Positions 61,321 through 64,000 of a stretch of DNA of 64,000 bases are shown here, piece after piece (the first letter of the stretch is position 1; each line of letters starts with the position of its first letter). Origin of the DNA: Azolla caroliniana (taxonomy: Eukaryota > Plantae > Polypodiophyta); the NCBI GenBank assembly GCA_043228905.1, contig JBHGNT010000014.1, positions 14,322,001 to 14,386,000 of the forward strand, in the 5' to 3' direction. The notes beneath the pieces are model-generated. The model made no database searches, was not told the DNA's origin, and saw nothing but the letters and a program-made list of their open reading frames with translations. Made by a program: the position numbers and the translations under genes.

Positions 61321-64000
61321 ATTGTGGCTCTGTCGAGCACCGAGATTGAGTATAGAGGAGCCACAGTCGCAACCTGTGAAGCTATATGGCTTCGGCGGCT
61401 GTTGCAGAACTTGCGGGTCGAAGTTCTGACTCCGATTCTAATCTACTGTGACAACATCAGCAGCATGCAGCTCGCCAAGAACCCCGTCTTCCATTCTTGC
61501 ACAAAACCCGTAAAAGTGCACTATCAGTTTGTGCACAAGCGAGTCCTAAGCGGTGAGGTCAAACTCTAGTATGTTCGACCAATCGGCAGGTTGCCGACAT
61601 CTTCACCAAGGCACTCGGATCAGACAAGTTGCAACACTTTTCGGAGATGCTTCGGTTACAATATCTCGATGTGCCACACTTGAGGGGGAGAGCAATAGGA
61701 GAAAGCTGAAACCGAACAAGGTGCCGAATCGACTGAAGAAGTCAGAACATCTGGAAGAGCCAGAACTGGCGAGTGTTGAGAGACAAGCTCAACATCGGCC
61801 GGATCGGCTGAAGAAGCCGAGGACCGGATCGGTTGGGACCGATCGGTTAGGCCGTTAGGAAAGATATTCCGTGAGGAATATATTTGGGAGTTAGTGTAGG
61901 AGCTCTTAATGAGCATTGAAGTACTGTCAGTACTTCAGTCAGTCCTTCTAGGACTTGTACAAAGTGTTCATTGAACACATATATGTATTGTTGTTTTTCT
62001 TGAATATTTTTTTAGAGTGTCTTCTCTCTCACTCTCTCTGTCTCTCCCGCGTATATTGCGTAAGCTCAAGCTCTCCATTAAACCTGAGTGTTCTTCCTTC
62101 TGTTCTGTCTTCATACTTGCTTCCGCACGCTACTTTCTACATGGTATCAGAGCGCGAGGGTTGAGAACCTCTCTGCAGCCGACACAGCTTGACGAAGAAG
62201 AACGAGAAGAACGATGGATAGAGGCATGGCAAGCTCGCTTCCAACAGAGAAGCTCGACAAAACCAACTACGTGTCTTGGTCCTACAAGATGCACCAGTAC
62301 CTGCTCGGGCACGGCTACTGGAGTTATGTCGAAGGAGCTAATGACGCAGCACCCGAATCGACACACAGAGACTTCCCGTCGTGGGAGCAATCGGCGAGCA
62401 GGGTATTATACTGCTTCGCGTCGTGTGTGGGCGAACAGCTATTGAGCTATGTTCGGGATGCAAAGACGCCGAAGGGTACGTGGGAAAATCTGAAGAAGAT
62501 TTTTGCCGCGAGCACCACAGCCAGGAAGCTTCAGCTCCGACTGGAGTTGAGCAACCTACGACAACGCGACTTATCGGTGGCGGCCTATACCTCGAAGATC
62601 AAGGATATTTGTGACTCCCTCGCCTCCATAAAGGTGAACATCGAGGAGAGCGAGATGGTCCAGATCTATCTCGGAGGTTTGGCGTCGAAGTTCGGAGTGT
62701 TCCGAACGGCTGTGTGTACACGGGAGAATACGCCGTCCTTTTTCGACTTACAGTCAATGCTCCTAGTAGAGGAGAACCACGCGGGTGTGTCTACAAGCAC
62801 GCACGCAGACAACAGAATGTTGTACACGGAGGGTGATAGGCCCTGTGGACGTGGAGGACGAGGCGAGTCGGCGCGCAATGGAGGCGGGCGATGAGATCAA
62901 GGAAGAAGGCACCGAAGTGATGCCAACAGCAACTCCGGACCCTCCGGAAACAGGGGGAGTCGAAGCGATGAGAACCGGCAAGGGAAGGCCATCGCGGAGT
63001 GCTGGTACTATGGCAAGAAAGGCCACAGGGAAAGTGAGTGCTGGAAGAAGCGTGCCGATTTGGAGAGAACCGGTTCCGGAAACGGCTCCAGACATACCGA
63101 CAAGGGAAATCGGCAGCGATCGCACTACGCCGAACACTCCGGGAGAGCCGGAGAAGGGTCTGCCTTCGTGACGAGACACGAAGCAAACTCAATGAAACAG
63201 AGCACCCCGAGATCGGACGAGGTGTGGTACGTAGACTCCGGCGCGTCAAACCACATGACGAGCCATAAGGAGTGGTTCTCGTACCTTGAAAAACCGATAC
63301 AACCTGGAGTAGTCGCAACTGGAGACGACACTCCGCATCCGATCGTGAATGTCAGAGAAGTTCCCCTTAGCCATGTTGGGCAGAAAGGGAAACTCATGAA
63401 CGTGCTGCACGTTCCGACAATCACGAAAAACTTGGTCTCGGTCGGACAGATCGTCAACCAAGGGATGGAGGTTCGGTTTACACACCTCGGGTGCTTCATT
63501 GAGGAAGAAGGCTGTGTGATTGCGCAAGGGCGCAGAGACGGGAGGATGTTCATCCTCGACTCCACTGACGGCGGCACCGCAATGTTCGCGAAGGGACAAA
63601 AATCCGAGTCGGACATCGACTTGTAGCACAAGCAGATAGGCCATGTCAACCACCAGCGGCTTCAAGATCTGCAATCGAAACATGTAGTGTTCGGATTGCC
63701 CAAATTTAGTGGCCGAAAGGCACAAATTTGTGAAGCCTGCCAGCTCAGGAAGCAACACCGACTTCCTTTCCCCAACGAGCGAAACCGGAGCCGGAACAAG
63801 CTCGACCTTATACACTCCGATGTATGGGGGCCGGCACAAAACGTTAGTCTTGGCGGGAGTCGATATTTCGTCTCCTTCATCGACAACCACACGCGGCACA
63901 CGTGGATCTACCTCATTGAGAGGAATAGCGAAGTCTTCGACTGCTTTCGGGACCTCAAAGGGTTCGTGGAAACGGAAACGGGACGAAAGATCAAGTGCCT
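61321..64000 (+). mobile_element. Tandem RLC5-like Copia: RH end 61321-61690, shared LTR 61774-62141, Met PBS 62142-62153, then gag-PR-IN 62214 to the window edge
   Basis: ALSSTEIEY and ADIFTKALG precede the LTR. TGGTATCAGAGC and gag EKLDKTNYVSWSYKMHQYLLGHGYW follow it. Confidence 0.88.

Overview
This is eukaryotic, almost certainly moss-type (Physcomitrium/Funariaceae-like, inferred from the TE lineages) heterochromatin. It has no intact host gene and consists of deeply nested transposons. Nest 1: a LINE (minus, ~12525-39245) is interrupted by a gag-only LTR element (13639-20481, which carries a foldback DNA transposon at 15850-19072) and by a Tork/Tnt1-like Copia (22147-38067). That Copia carries a TRIM-like element, a second gag-only element, a composite solo LTR with two further insertions, and a SINE. 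Nest 2: a decayed non-chromovirus Gypsy (~43035-61320) contains a full-length relative (43391-59044), which contains a young Tcn1-type chromovirus (44398-50100). Five pieces of one Copia family (RLC5-like by inference), a mitochondrial rrn18 fragment and a spliced pseudogene fill the rest. The main observation is that three related non-chromovirus Gypsy elements have no polypurine tract. In its place, next to the 3' LTR, is a sense-strand bipartite copy of the 3' half of tRNA-Arg(UCU) ending in CCA, in addition to a normal tRNA-Arg PBS after the 5' LTR (present in the two copies that retain a 5' end). This suggests tRNA priming of both DNA strands. Other notable patterns: tRNA-like Pol III A/B boxes in the U3 of unrelated LTR families, a tRNA-Trp-primed family with 4-bp CpG-centred TSDs, Tf1-type self-priming, and an LTR-derived tandem array with an ABAB structure. 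All coordinates were read by eye, and tRNA identities are recalled from plant tRNA sequences rather than searched.
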